Origin: Azolla caroliniana
Lineage: Eukaryota > Plantae > Polypodiophyta
DNA length: 64,000 nucleotides
Direction of reading: 5' to 3'
Assembly: GCA_043228905.1 (NCBI GenBank)
Contig: JBHGNT010000002.1
Location: forward strand, 22,072,001 to 22,136,000
Shown: positions 49,748 to 61,990 of the stretch, in pieces
Layout: each line of letters starts with the position of its first letter
Numbering within the stretch: position 1 is the first letter of the stretch
Program-made: the position numbers and the translations under genes
Notes under the pieces: generated by a model
What the model saw: the letters and a program-made list of their open reading frames with translations, nothing else
Databases searched by the model: none
Told to the model about the DNA's origin: nothing

Positions 49748-50955
49748 CTGGATTGACCTATGCTAGAGATCTTTCGAAGACAAAAGTTACAGTATATCTA
49801 ACATGAGAATCTCACATGTGCCAAAAACCAGATTTCCTCATCTCTTTTTATCTTATTTAATTTTATATTTATGGAGTAATATTTATTTCATTTTGACTTG
49901 ATGTTCTCAAAGATGAGACAACACTTACGATGTAATCTCTTGTATGGTCTTATAGGCCATTTTGGCCTCTTAAAACGTCTTTGGGAGCTCCCTAAACGAA
50001 GGTACCCAAGGTTGGCACTTATGTCATCAAAACAACTGGCTGAATATGGAGACACTCATTTTTTTATGCTGAAATGCAGCAATGGTTCAAGTCACATGGC
50101 ATGAGTATAAATGCCCTACCCCCGTTCCAATATAGCTTGGACTATCCCCATCTAAATATGACCAAAGTGGAAAAGAATAGAGTGATCCAAACTGATATTA
50201 TTAACTTGGAAAACAAGGTAACATGGATCAGCCCCAAAATACCACTTGGTACAAAGATGGCCCACTATAAGACACACTTCTTACATACATCGGAGGATGG
50301 ATTTGTCATCAGGCCACCTTATATGGACATACATCTATCCTATGCGTTGCGTAGTGTGATAGGGCAGCTGCGAACTTCATCACATCAGCTACAGATTGAG
50401 GTAGGCAAATATACATGACTACCTCTAGAAGAGAGAATTTGCCAATTGTGTCATAAAGGAGTGGAATCTGAAGAACACTACGTTTGTCATTGTAGTGTCT
50501 TTTATGAAATCACAGGGAGATACCATTGCCTCTTTAAACAAGGCTTTGGCCCACTAAGCAAGGTAATGGAATATGAGGACCAACGAACTTTTCTTGCTAG
50601 AGCTCAAGAGACATTGGGAAAAGTTGTTGAAGAATACAGCCACACAAGCTCATCCACAAAGAACAATCACAACTTTCTTTAGCCCCATCACTCCTAATGC
50701 TACAAGTCAACCCCAAGATACACAAATGGGCTTCAAACCAAGACATAACAAAGGGGTTACAATTGATCGGGCAATGGCAATTTGCCGTGCACGTAGGCCT
50801 CGGCCCCATGGACCACGACCTCGACACCCTTGTCATTGACAAATAAAAGCCATTATCTCCCGCCATCGTAGGTGCTTCCCTCGCTTCGGAGACATTTCCA
50901 TTCAGGATCGACCTATGCTAGAGATCTTTCGAAGACAAAAGCTACAATATACCTG
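49748..50955 (+). mobile_element. RTE family A fragments in permuted order
   Basis: 3' UTR piece (49748-49975) followed by the C-terminal coding piece (LRTSSHQLQIEVG..CHKGVESEEHYVCHC). Confidence 0.8.
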
Positions 50956-53700
50956 AAAATAATGATCCAGAAATTCAAGCATGACAAGATAAGGATTTTG
51001 AAGCACAATCCTAAATCCAATTTCATGTAGCAGATTCACTTATGTACCTCATTTCAAACCAAGACATCGCCAAGAAATGTGGGAATGTCTAAGCGAACAA
51101 TATGAAAAGGCAAACACAATTCATGCCATTGCTCTGTTTCGTCTACTCACATTTCTACAGTCATGGTGCTCACTCCTAGAACAAGGCACCACCGCAAGGC
51201 CTTGGATTTACAGATAAACAACATGTAGTCATGCTATTAGCAGCACTACCATCGAACTGGCGACCTTTCGTCACAACACAATCCTATCAAACTCAACCGT
51301 TGGCTGTCCTCATCAACAAAATGCACCAAGAATATACCTTCTCCAAGATCAACAACAATCTCAACCAATCAACAATTCCAATCGCAATGGCAACCACCAT
51401 TCCCACATCAAACCAACACCAACAACCACCACGTAGATTCAACAAATCTATCAGGCACAATCATCAAAACAATTACAACCACCAAAATCAAAGAACATCT
51501 CTTTGTAATTACTGCAACAGACCAGGTCACTAGGAGAAAGATTGTAAAACTACGCAAAGAAACACATCCAATCATCAAAGCACCAAAGCAATGACATTCA
51601 ATTATTGCAACAGACAATGACACTGGAAAGAGAATGTCAAACAAAACAACATGAAGTAGCCCAACAACCATGAGCTAAGATGGCACACCTCAACAAAATC
51701 CACCTCATCAGGTGAAGAAATGTATTTAGGGTTTCGACCTTTCATGGACCTAGATATCAGCACCACCCATCATATGACATTCAACAAAATGCACCTAACA
51801 CAATACAAAGAGCTTACCACGCCCTTAGATGTCCACCTTAGAGATAACCGCACCAGACAAGCCCAAGGATATGGTACCCTCACCTTTACTCTACCCAAAA
51901 AACATTCATTTTCACATTAATAGAGTTTACTTTGTACCAAAACTCACAAAGAACCTCTTGTCAGTAAGTCAAGCAACAAAATGCGGCTACAAACTCACCT
52001 TCAAAGGTAATTCTTGTCTCTTCCAATCTCAACTCTCAAATGGCACATCATATATAATTCCTTGTTTCAAAACAGAAGACCTATACCCACTTCCCATCAC
52101 ATCCATCAAAATATCAAATGCCTCTGATCAAATCCATGACAATGGAATTCAAAACACCCTCAAATGGCAGCTTAGGTTAGGTCAACGACATCTTGAAGCC
52201 CTTCATAAAATCCAAACACACAATTTTGCCAATGAAATAATAGGTCCTTTCACCCAACTACCTTTTTCTGAAGGCTTCCTCTTCGGAAAAATGAGCTGCA
52301 ATCCATATCATCGTTCAACCCAATACACAACAAATCCCCTCCAACTTATCCACACTGATCTACGTGGACCAATGTTGACTCCCTCCCTCACCAGAGCTCT
52401 TTACTTTCTCACATTTATCGATGATTCCACACACTACACCATCATCACTTTCCTCAAAAAGAAATCTGGCACCCTATCCCATTTCTTAGCGTACAAAAAT
52501 CTTGTTGAAAACCAATTAAATCAAAATTCAAAATACTACAAAGTTAAAATGGAGGCGAATTCACTTCAAAAGAACTTAATAATATATTACAAACACAAGG
52601 AATCCTTCATCAGACAACCATACCACATCATCCTCAACAAAACAGAAAAGCCAAGAGAAAGAATAGAACACTCATGGATGCTGCTCGATCAATGCTAAAA
52701 ATTGCAAACCTCCCAAACTCCTTTTAGGAAGAAGTCGTGACAACAGCCTGCTATTTACATATAGATTGCCTACGACAACACTGAGCTCCCAAACACCAAT
52801 CGAAAAATGGTCAGGTAGGTATGAAACCCGATCTCTCGCACCTAAAGATCGTTGGCAATACATCATACTCATATGTACCCAATACGACCAGAAATAAACT
52901 AGATCAAGCAATCACACAAATTTTTATCGGCTATGGTGACCATTCCGGCAAGAAAGGATGTCGTCTTTACAATCCAATCACATGTAAGTTCCAATTTAGT
53001 AGAAGTTGCATCTTTGATGAAACTTCTATCTTGTCACCACCACCCTGAGCCACTTCTCATGGACCACCTAATGATAACTTAGAAAACCTAACCCTTCATG
53101 AATATGAACCTTTAGATGATACATTAGACATAATAAGTCACATGGCTAATACTAATAACAAACAACCCACACCACATTTACCTCCTCTACAATCCCTTCA
53201 AGAACCTACTCCAATGATTACTTCTGAAATACCCATCCCCCCACAACTTTCCTCCAAACCCATTCCAACTCACACACCACCAAGCTCCTCACTACAAATC
53301 TATCAAAGTTCTCCACCCAAACCCAAATCCGTTCAACGCACCTAAGGAACCAAAGAAGATCAACCAATCCTCGTCATCAACTATACTCCTACAAATCAAC
53401 AGCTCGCTGGTTTTCTCACAAAAGCAGTACCAAAACCCAATTTTGAATTTTGTTGCAAAGCTATTGGACTCATTAATGTAACTTCAAATACGAATAGCCA
53501 TAGCTTATAATTCTTGCCAAAAATAGGGAGAATGTGAACAGTAATTGACATGAATCCCAAAATAACTGGTCACGTCCCAAAATAACTGTTTATATCTTGT
53601 ATCTGACAATTTAATAGTCCCATACTCATTAATATAATCAACGCTTCTATTAGTTACTATTCATATACATTCATTATCACACCTTCTTCAAGCTCTCCTC
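50956..53700 (+). mobile_element. Old Copia relic (gag, PR, INT; RT deleted)
   Basis: LLAALPSNW; CNYCNRPGH knuckle; FVPKLTKNLLSV; LIHTDLRGP; FIDD; SRSCIFDE; possible PPT/LTR at ~53525. Confidence 0.8.
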
Positions 53701-54007
53701 CGTGTTCCCTACTACCAGCCAATAGGCGCAAGGGTGACCACCCACTTATTAACAGGCTGCCTCAAAATGAACGAAGGGCAAAGCAGTTCAACAAGAGGTA
53801 CGTACCGAAAGATAGGTGCAGACACCATAGCAGGGTCTCTGAATCTGATCCTGAGTCCGACTCTGTGCGTGTGTGCGCGCGCGACCGCTACTGAGAAAGA
53901 AAGGAGTCGATCAAGAAAGCTTGTCATGCGTCGTCAGTGCTCTGGTTTTAAAAAAGAAGAAGAGAGGGTCTATTTGTTGCTTTATTTATTCATTCGAATT
54001 TCGTACA

Positions 54008-54522
54008 CTGCAATCGGGAATAATTCAGTTTGAACCGAACCGAACCGCGATATTGCGGCTTAATATTTTAAAACGGTTCGGCTCAAGTTCAAGTTTTAAA
54101 AAATGGTTCGGTTTCCGTTGAGTTCGGGGGGTCGACGGTTCTTCTCGGTTTGGTTTAAATAGTTTGACAGTTTGGAGTTTGAGTTTCCACTTCTTGATTA
54201 TTTTCTTAAATACTTTTTGAACAACCTTCTCATTTTTAAGCCTAATTCTGACATTTAAAGAAAAATCTTTAAATTTTTGAATTTTTAGATTTTAAGTATT
54301 GGATTAACCTTAAAACCAAAACTAAACTACAAAACCGCATTTGTATTGAAATTCTCTACAACCATTTGGTTTTAGTTTGGATTTTTTGTATCAGCTTGAT
54401 TTGAACGGTTTTGGTTTAAGTGGTTTTGATTATGGTTTTGTGGTTCGGTTCGGTTTAAGTTTCAAAAAAAATTTAACGCTTCAGTTGTAATCCATTTTAG
54501 TTTGATACTCTTACCATTGCCA
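54008..54522. mobile_element. Degenerate MITE-like element with AACCG/GGTTT repeats
   Basis: Same subterminal motif type as the hAT MITEs; TIRs poorly preserved. Confidence 0.45.
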
Positions 54523-56037
54523 ATTGTTATTCATACATACATATACAATCATTCATTGTAGCAACTATGGGTGATGGCACTGTATGGTGCATTGGTCAAC
54601 TAGTATGTGAAGTTGGTTGACTTAATGCAAAATATGTATGTGGAACTTGTTAGTAGGAACAAACAAGCATGTATCAAGTGAAGAGAATGGTGGTGTACTG
54701 CTCAAACACAACCAAAACACACAGAGAATGGGCGAGAGACAATTACACAGAGAGAAAGCATGTATTATTTAAATCTCGTCGAAAATCATTTGTTACAAGA
54801 CTTAGTTCCTCATATTTATACTTTGGGTAACTATGTCGTAACTCTCAATGAGTGTTCACGCTAAAGATACAATTGGGTAGAGTCTAAGCTTTAGTCCAAC
54901 AATGGGGACATATTTCTAACCCTTTTTGTAGTGTATTTATATGTACGTATACTCTTGACCAGTGCCAATATCTTTATGCATCTAACCACCCATTTCTAGG
55001 AGTGTGCCTCGGTACGATGTGGTGGACTTTAACTCTCGGTTGTCTCTTTTTTCTTCTTACAATGGTAGCAGTAAGTAAACAATAATTTGTATATGCATCA
55101 ACTCAAATTCAACAAGAACATTGAGTACCCAAACAAGTTGTACTTCAGTTTGACATCACTTGGGTTTGATCAAATGCCAAGATCGGAAGATAATGGGACA
55201 AGTCCAATTTAGGAGCTACGACGAAAAGACTTTCCTGACACTACCTGATAGAGTCACTCGGAGGATATATGCATCAACTCGAATTCGACAAGAACATTGT
55301 CTACCCAAACTAACTCTACTTCAAATTGACATCATCCGAGTTTGATAAAAGGCCAAGTCTGGAAGATAATGAAGAAGTCCGTTTGATGAACTAAGTTCAA
55401 AAGACTTTCCTACACTCAATAAAAAATACTTTTGCGGTCATGAGGTATTATTACTCAACAAGAGTTTATGGATATATCTTCAGGTACTAAAAAGTTATGA
55501 TATCTCAAGTTTCTCCTTGATGCAATGGAGAGTTCCAAACGACATATCATCAAATTCTATGTCAATAATATGAAAGAATGAGTTGGAGAAAATGACTTGC
55601 TCACCATATAAGGAGAAAACACAACAAATAGGAACCATGAAATCATATATCTCATTAGAACCTAAGTACATAAATGGTGCAGTTGTTAAATGCCTTATCC
55701 CAAGTTGTTGACCGGATGGCACCATCGTTTGAGGATCGAACAAGCTTGTGTGTCCTAGATGGGTCACTAGACTTTATGTCCCAAAATATCGTCATGGACG
55801 ATAACTAGAAAGCGAGGACACAGAAGGTGTGAGCCATACAGTGGTGGGTGAATGGGTAGGTTGGTAGGGTAGGGCTAGTGGCCCGGGGCCCTCGTGTCTC
55901 ATTTACTGAGTGGCTGACATTCTCGGATTGTAGCACTTTCACGGGAAACATCAAGATGATAAAATGAGATGTCATGGCACGCATCTTCGGTCGGGTACCG
56001 AATATCTATATGTACATATGTATAGGCGTAGGCATGG

Positions 56038-57639
56038 ATGGGCAATGGGCCGGAGGGCCGTCCGTCCGACCGTCCATCCGTAGGCTCAGATTTCCTAGGA
56101 TGGGGTTGGTTGCCCAGAGAAATGTCGGCAATGGCGGACATCTGTCGTGCCCTGCAGGATTGCTGCAGACGGAAGGATCCACAAGCAGGACGACGAATCT
56201 ACTGCCTCATCACCCAGAACAGCTGTGAATCCGTGGCCCCTCTCGCCGACCACATCATCAGAGTTCTCGGCTCTTCTGGAAACCTGCAAGATTCTTGCAA
56301 GGTGTTCTGTTATGTCCCCAAACCATCCATTTACACATGGACGGCCCTCATCTCTGCTCACGTCGAGCTTAATGACTCAGTTATCGCCCTTCATCTTCAC
56401 CAGGGAATGCAGGCCTCCGACCTACACCCAGATAGAGTCATGTTTCTGTGTGTGCTGAAAGCTTGTAGCTCCATGGGAGCTTTGCAATATGGGAGGCTCA
56501 TTCATCATCAAGTTATGGAGTATGGATTTGATACGGATGTGGTTGTCGGTAACACACTCGTGGACATGTATGCAAAGTGTAAGGACTTCGATGAGGCTAC
56601 TGCGTGGTTTCATAGTTTGCCACATCATTCCGTAGTATCATGGAGTGCTTTGATTGCAGGGTTTGCCAGACATGGATATGGTGAGGATGCGTTGGATTGT
56701 TTCACAGCGATGCAAGATGAGGGGTTCAGATGCTCTAAAGACATGTTTCTATGCATCTTGAAAGTGTGCTCTTCTGGAGAAGCCGTAGGTGAAGGTATGG
56801 AAATACATGACCAAGTCATTAGACAAGGGCATGAAAGAGATGTTCTGATAGGTAGCACCCTTATTGATATGTATTCAAAATGCCATTGTCTAGTGGCGGC
56901 TCGCAAGGTGTTTGAAATGATGCCGACTCGGAATGAGGTGTCATGGGGTGCTCTTATAACTGGATATGCACAACATGGCTATGGTTTTATTGCACTTGGA
57001 TTGTTTGAGAGAATGCAAAAGGACAAGATTCAACCAGGTGAGTTCTTATTAACGAGCATGTTGAAAGTATGTGCCATCATAGGCGCTGCGAAGCAAGGTC
57101 AGCTCTTCTATGAACAGGTTTTAAGATCTGAATGCAAAGTGGATATCGTGGTTGTCAACACCCTTATCGACATGCATTGTAAATGTGGGAATATGGAGGT
57201 GGCCCAGATAGTGCTCAATGGAATGCCAACAAAAGATGTGGCATCATGGGGTGCAATAATTGCAGGTTATGCATCACAAGGTAGATGCAAAGAAGCTTCA
57301 GAATGCTTGGAAAGTATGGTGAAAGAGGGATTTAAGCCTGATGCGGGCATATTTATGAATGTCCTTGCTGCATATAGCCATGCTGGCATGCTAGAAGAAG
57401 CTCGGCATCAGTTCAAAGCCATGATAAATGATCATAAGCTTATACCGACTATTGAACACTACAACTGTATGATTGATCTTCTTGGTCGTGCGGGTTGCTT
57501 GAATGAGGCGTCTGATCTACTTCGAACATTGTCGGCCACACCTGATGTGATTGGGTGGAGATCGTTACTCACTGGTTGCCGAACTTTCAAGAACATAGAC
57601 ATGGCAAATAATTGCTTTGATGAAGCTTTTAGGTCATAG
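56038..57639 (+). CDS. PLS-class pentatricopeptide repeat protein ending in a truncated E domain, no DYW
   Basis: Intact 533-aa ORF; repeated P-L-S motifs (VVVGNTLVDMYAKC, VVSWSALIAGF, FLCVLKAC); HYNCMIDLLGRAG..W.SLL..C. Confidence 0.93.
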   Translation: MGNGPEGRPSDRPSVGSDFLGWGWLPREMSAMADICRALQDCCRRKDPQAGRRIYCLITQNSCESVAPLADHIIRVLGSSGNLQDSCKVFCYVPKPSIYTWTALISAHVELNDSVIALHLHQGMQASDLHPDRVMFLCVLKACSSMGALQYGRLIHHQVMEYGFDTDVVVGNTLVDMYAKCKDFDEATAWFHSLPHHSVVSWSALIAGFARHGYGEDALDCFTAMQDEGFRCSKDMFLCILKVCSSGEAVGEGMEIHDQVIRQGHERDVLIGSTLIDMYSKCHCLVAARKVFEMMPTRNEVSWGALITGYAQHGYGFIALGLFERMQKDKIQPGEFLLTSMLKVCAIIGAAKQGQLFYEQVLRSECKVDIVVVNTLIDMHCKCGNMEVAQIVLNGMPTKDVASWGAIIAGYASQGRCKEASECLESMVKEGFKPDAGIFMNVLAAYSHAGMLEEARHQFKAMINDHKLIPTIEHYNCMIDLLGRAGCLNEASDLLRTLSATPDVIGWRSLLTGCRTFKNIDMANNCFDEAFRS

Positions 57640-59366
57640 AAAGACATGTGAACTAATAAGGTACCCGATATCTGTAGAGCATAATTGACAACAGTATGTA
57701 ATCTCTTTGGATCCTCTAACATGCCAAGAATAACAAAGTGAATCACTGGGCATCACATTGGTGGTTATCCACACAACATTCAGGATGAGAAATAACCATT
57801 TCACAATGGTGACTTGTCAACTAGTTTCCAAATAAAGTATTATACCTCATCCCTTGTGTTTGTTATGATGATTCTTTCTGCTTTGTGGATGCAACTAGCT
57901 TGGAAGGCTTACCCTGCAAGTACATCTTCCTCAAGTTGTCCTCAACAGTGCACTACTCTCTTGAACATGGTTATGAATGAAAATAACAGCATCTGGGAGC
58001 ATCAAGCAACCATGATCATACCATCAATGCTGTGCGAATATCATGTACATATATCCAAGAACAAAATTATTGTTTATGTACTAAGGTAGTGAAGTACTGG
58101 CCAAAAATTCATTAGTATCAAGAGATCGGTGATACAAATATGGTTACCAATTTCTTGGTACATTATGATCTTCTCACAATAATCACTCCTAGATTTTATG
58201 TTGCTTCACGTTTTTTCTTCTGTTATAAATAGCATAGTGCACAAAAAATTTCGGTAAAGTTATATCAGTGAACAATATTTTAGGTTAGCTTCTTACAACA
58301 GTAAAAAATAAAATGTAATAGGGTTTCCATTTGTATACTTTCACCCATAAGCTGAACATGTTTAGGCCAATTTCAAATTTTGTAAATGTGGAACATCTAG
58401 AGGCTCAATGTGAATGTATAAATCCTCAATGAGGCTTTTGGGATACAATTTTATTCCATAGCATTCCTCTATGACTACAAACATCTGCAACTTCTCCCAT
58501 TGGAGCAACGTCATTATCTTGGAACTTATGTTTTAAAATCCACATCCATAGTGCCAAAATAAATTTCCTCCCTAAAAATAGCTGTACAACATTGACATTG
58601 ATATTGACAGATACCTCACAATAAAAGAGGGAAAACGATCACAATTCCCCTTTAAAAGGTAATGCTAACAAATGAAGGAGCACTACGAAGAAATTGCATT
58701 TAAAGTTATGTCTGCATTTAAAGTTACCTGTACATTTTATTTGTGTGGACCACAGTTCATATCGTACTCATACTCTATTACTCTGCATGGATTACAAATG
58801 TTGTATTAATGAAAATATGTACATAGTTCATACATCAGCAAAGGCCGAAACTGCATTCGTACAAAGAGTAGTATGTATGGCCTAGTAGGTTATTTAGGCT
58901 CCTTTCACACTACAAAGTCGGAGATTTCAAGTGCCTAAAGACATTTCTGAGCGCTTATTTTTCACACGTTCTTATTGTTTGTCAATAAAGTACTCTACAT
59001 TTCTCAATGACATAGCAACATAAACCACCGATCGAACCTACACATAGTAGCTCTTTAGTTTCTCTTTTGTTGTGGTCTACATAAACAACTAATCAAAGAG
59101 AAGGTGGTAGCTCTTACTTCTTAGATTTTCAAATGCAAAGACCTCACAAAGAACCTATAGACCTCAAGAAGGTGGTAGGTACCTCTTCCACCTTCTCATT
59201 TGACATTGATCCCGAGACCCCTTGTTGCGGTTCTGAAGGACGAACCTCATAGGCAACATGCATTGTGTTGTGAATAACAAACTCTCGAGGCCCCACGGAA
59301 AGACATGATACATGTGAAGATATAGTAAGCCTTTCTTGTTAGCCATTTGGGGGGGATTGGGGGGTT

Positions 59367-59776
59367 TGAAACGAAAGAAAATTGCACCCTGAGTAGTGTG
59401 TCACGAGACATTGTTGTTCCATGCGGCGGAATTGGGCTGGCTGAAGGGGAGAGCTCACCGGAAATCGACCACAACCGAGTAGGCTGGGTAGTGCACGGGA
59501 TGAAAGGGCAGGTGAAGGGTCCGTGACGGAGAGGCAATGACTTTATACGACCTTCGGAATCGTGAAACCTTCGGAATAGTGAAACGAAAGAAAATTGCAC
59601 CATGAGTAGTGTGTCACGAGACATTGTTGTTCCATGTGGCGGAATTGGGCGGGCTGAAAGGGAGAGCTCGCCGGAAATCGACCACGACCGAGTAGGCCGG
59701 GTAGTGCATGGGACGAAAGGGCGAGTGAAGGGGCCGCGACGGAGAGGCGGTGACATTATACGTCCTTCGGAATAGT
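59367..59776. repeat. Tandem duplication (~213-bp period) of the gene's 3' end
   Basis: TGAAACGAAAGAAAATTGCACC.. begins at both 59367 and 59580. Confidence 0.92.
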
Positions 59777-61080
59777 GCTCCGAGGGGGCCGTGGTGATCT
59801 GCGACAGGTGACTCAGATGGGGAGAACCTGGACGTGGCCGTCGAGCCCGAGACTGAGACTGAGATTGAGACCGAGCCATTTGAGCATATGGAGAGCCTGG
59901 GCGGCATCGGAGAGCCAGGGACCGAAGACCCCGGAGACACCGAGATGGCCGAGAAGTGCGAGGCCGCCGTCACCGGGGATGACGTCATCGATGACGGCGG
60001 CGGCGGGGAAGAGGGTGGCGTTGTGAAGGGCGTGACGGCGACGGTGACGGCAGCTGACGGCGACCGGCCCCCGCCACCGCCACCGCCACCGTCAGGCGGG
60101 CTCCCGCAGGTCCCTCCGCCAAACACGGGGCTTCCAACTGCTTGTGACAAGACATTAGGGTTTCCAGACATCTCCAAATCATCCGTGCATGCCGTAGGGT
60201 TGGCAGATTCTCTGCGTGTGTTAGCGTTGATGCGAGAATCAGGGTCAGCAGGCGATTGATCGGCGTTTAGCAAACCGTTGGACGCGCTAGGGTTATGAGA
60301 GCCGGGCAGGTATAACATGTCAGGCTTAGATGAACGCGCCGTATAGACATTAGGGTTGGCAAATCCTCTACAAATATTAGGGCACGCAGACGCAGCGCAA
60401 GGATTATTAGGGTTAACCTCAGTAGGGATACAGCTGGGGTTATGCGGAAGATCCGCTTCCTCGCCGGCCTCTTCTGCTATGGAGGAGAGAGCTCCATGGA
60501 GAGGCGAGAATTCCAAGGGGTCAGCGAGAAAGAGGCTAGACATGGAGGAGATGGAGTGGGTGGAAGGATAAGCTGAAGAAGAAGAAGAAGAAGAAAAAAG
60601 AGGATTGGCATTAGAGGAGGAGGAGGAGGAGGAAGGGTAGCCGCCGAAAGAGCCGACAAGGGCGGCTTCACGAGAGAAGTGATGGCGGGAGGAGGCGGAG
60701 GCGGAGGCGTGGTGGACACTCCCGGCTCGGCCGAGAGGATTGTTGGTGTCCATGTGGACACTCTCGGCTCGGCCGGGAGGATTGTTGGCGGTGTTGATTC
60801 GCCCCTGTTGTTCGCGTTGTTGTTGCCGTCTTTGCTTCCTCCACCGCCATTGGCGTTGCCGCCGTTGCCTTTGCCGCCTTAATAATGGTGGTGGTGGTGG
60901 TCCATGTGATTGGTGGCGGTGGCCGCGTAATTCGCATTGTAGTTGTTGTCGGAGGTGCTTCGATTTCCCACGGAAGAGGAGGAAGAGGACCTCGAGCAAG
61001 AGCACGGCTAGGAAGAGGCCGAAGAGAACACTTAGCGCTAGCCCGAGCTTCCCGAGAGCGCCGGCGCCACCCCCGCCCAT
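59614..61080 (-). CDS. Intronless single-pass membrane protein, Ser/Pro-rich, of an uncharacterised plant family (recalled as At5g59350/At2g39560-like)
   Basis: 488-aa GC-rich ORF; N-terminal TM LGKLGLALSVLFGLFLAVLLLEVLFLL; LSSIAEE and TPFTTPPSSP motifs. Confidence 0.8.
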   Translation of the reverse strand: MGGGGAGALGKLGLALSVLFGLFLAVLLLEVLFLLFRGKSKHLRQQLQCELRGHRHQSHGPPPPPLLRRQRQRRQRQWRWRKQRRQQQREQQGRINTANNPPGRAESVHMDTNNPLGRAGSVHHASASASSRHHFSREAALVGSFGGYPSSSSSSSNANPLFSSSSSSSAYPSTHSISSMSSLFLADPLEFSPLHGALSSIAEEAGEEADLPHNPSCIPTEVNPNNPCAASACPNICRGFANPNVYTARSSKPDMLYLPGSHNPSASNGLLNADQSPADPDSRINANTRRESANPTACTDDLEMSGNPNVLSQAVGSPVFGGGTCGSPPDGGGGGGGGRSPSAAVTVAVTPFTTPPSSPPPPSSMTSSPVTAASHFSAISVSPGSSVPGSPMPPRLSICSNGSVSISVSVSGSTATSRFSPSESPVADHHGPLGALFRRTYNVTASPSRPLHSPFRPMHYPAYSVVVDFRRALPFSPPNSATWNNNVS

Positions 61081-61742
61081 TTACAAATTTCCACCCCACC
61101 CTAAATTACAACAATAACAAACAATTGCTGCCCTTCCTCCTCCTCCTCTTCCTGCATCATCCACTTCTTCACAAATGCCAATGTAAGAAGAATTGTGTGG
61201 GTGTATGGAGGTGTTGTGTGTTGTGTGTCCACACACACTTTGTCTGTCCTTGTTAAGAGACACACCATATACATGTTTGTCCTCCCTTTACATAAAAGAA
61301 ATGTAATGATATGCATGGATTGACACATGACTTACTCCGCTTGTGCATATTAGCCTACACTCCCGACATACAAACCACCGGACCAAATATGCACACCTCT
61401 TCACGCCAGCTCTCTCGATAGTGACAAGTCGATGGGAGAATGTGACATTTAATAGCAAGGAACATTGTTACACATGTGCATTTACTAGTACACTATGCAG
61501 CTCGATGTAAACACCATTTGTGAAGTGGAGAGGATTTAGGACTTTTGCGTCATGTGTGCCATGAAAATTTGAGCACAAACAAGTTTTGCATTTTTGTCTT
61601 AAGGAATTCCAGAGGCGTAAATAAACCACATTGAAAGATGGGGCACTCCCACACTGATTTTTTACGAAGGTAGGACCATCAACCTTAACTTGCCACCTTC
61701 CAAACCTAGTGCTACAACACCACCCCAGACCATCTTTAGGAA

Positions 61743-61990
61743 ACATCATAAGCGTGCGTTGAGACTCCCCAAGCACCAACAATGCAATCGGGATGAGGTA
61801 TATGGGATTTTTTGCCACAATTTAGTGCTAAAGAATAACAAGCCCCCCCCCCCCCCCCCCCCACACACACACACAAACGTACAATAAGAGTCATATCATT
61901 AGGGGACATCATAAGCTCGCATTGCGACTCCCCAAGCACCAACAATGCAATTGTGATGAGGTATATGGGATTTTTTACCGCGATTTAGTG
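61743..61990. repeat. ~85-bp direct repeat separated by poly-C/(CA)n
   Basis: ACATCATAAGC..GACTCCCCAAGCACCAACAATGCAAT..TTTAGTG occurs twice. Confidence 0.85.

Noticed and set aside
54648-54901. Possible solo LTR (TGTTAG..CCAACA)
   Set aside because: LTR-like composition but no matching TSD or second copy in the window
59247-61256. Multiple overlapping ORFs
   Set aside because: Shadow frames of a GC-rich low-complexity CDS and its duplication
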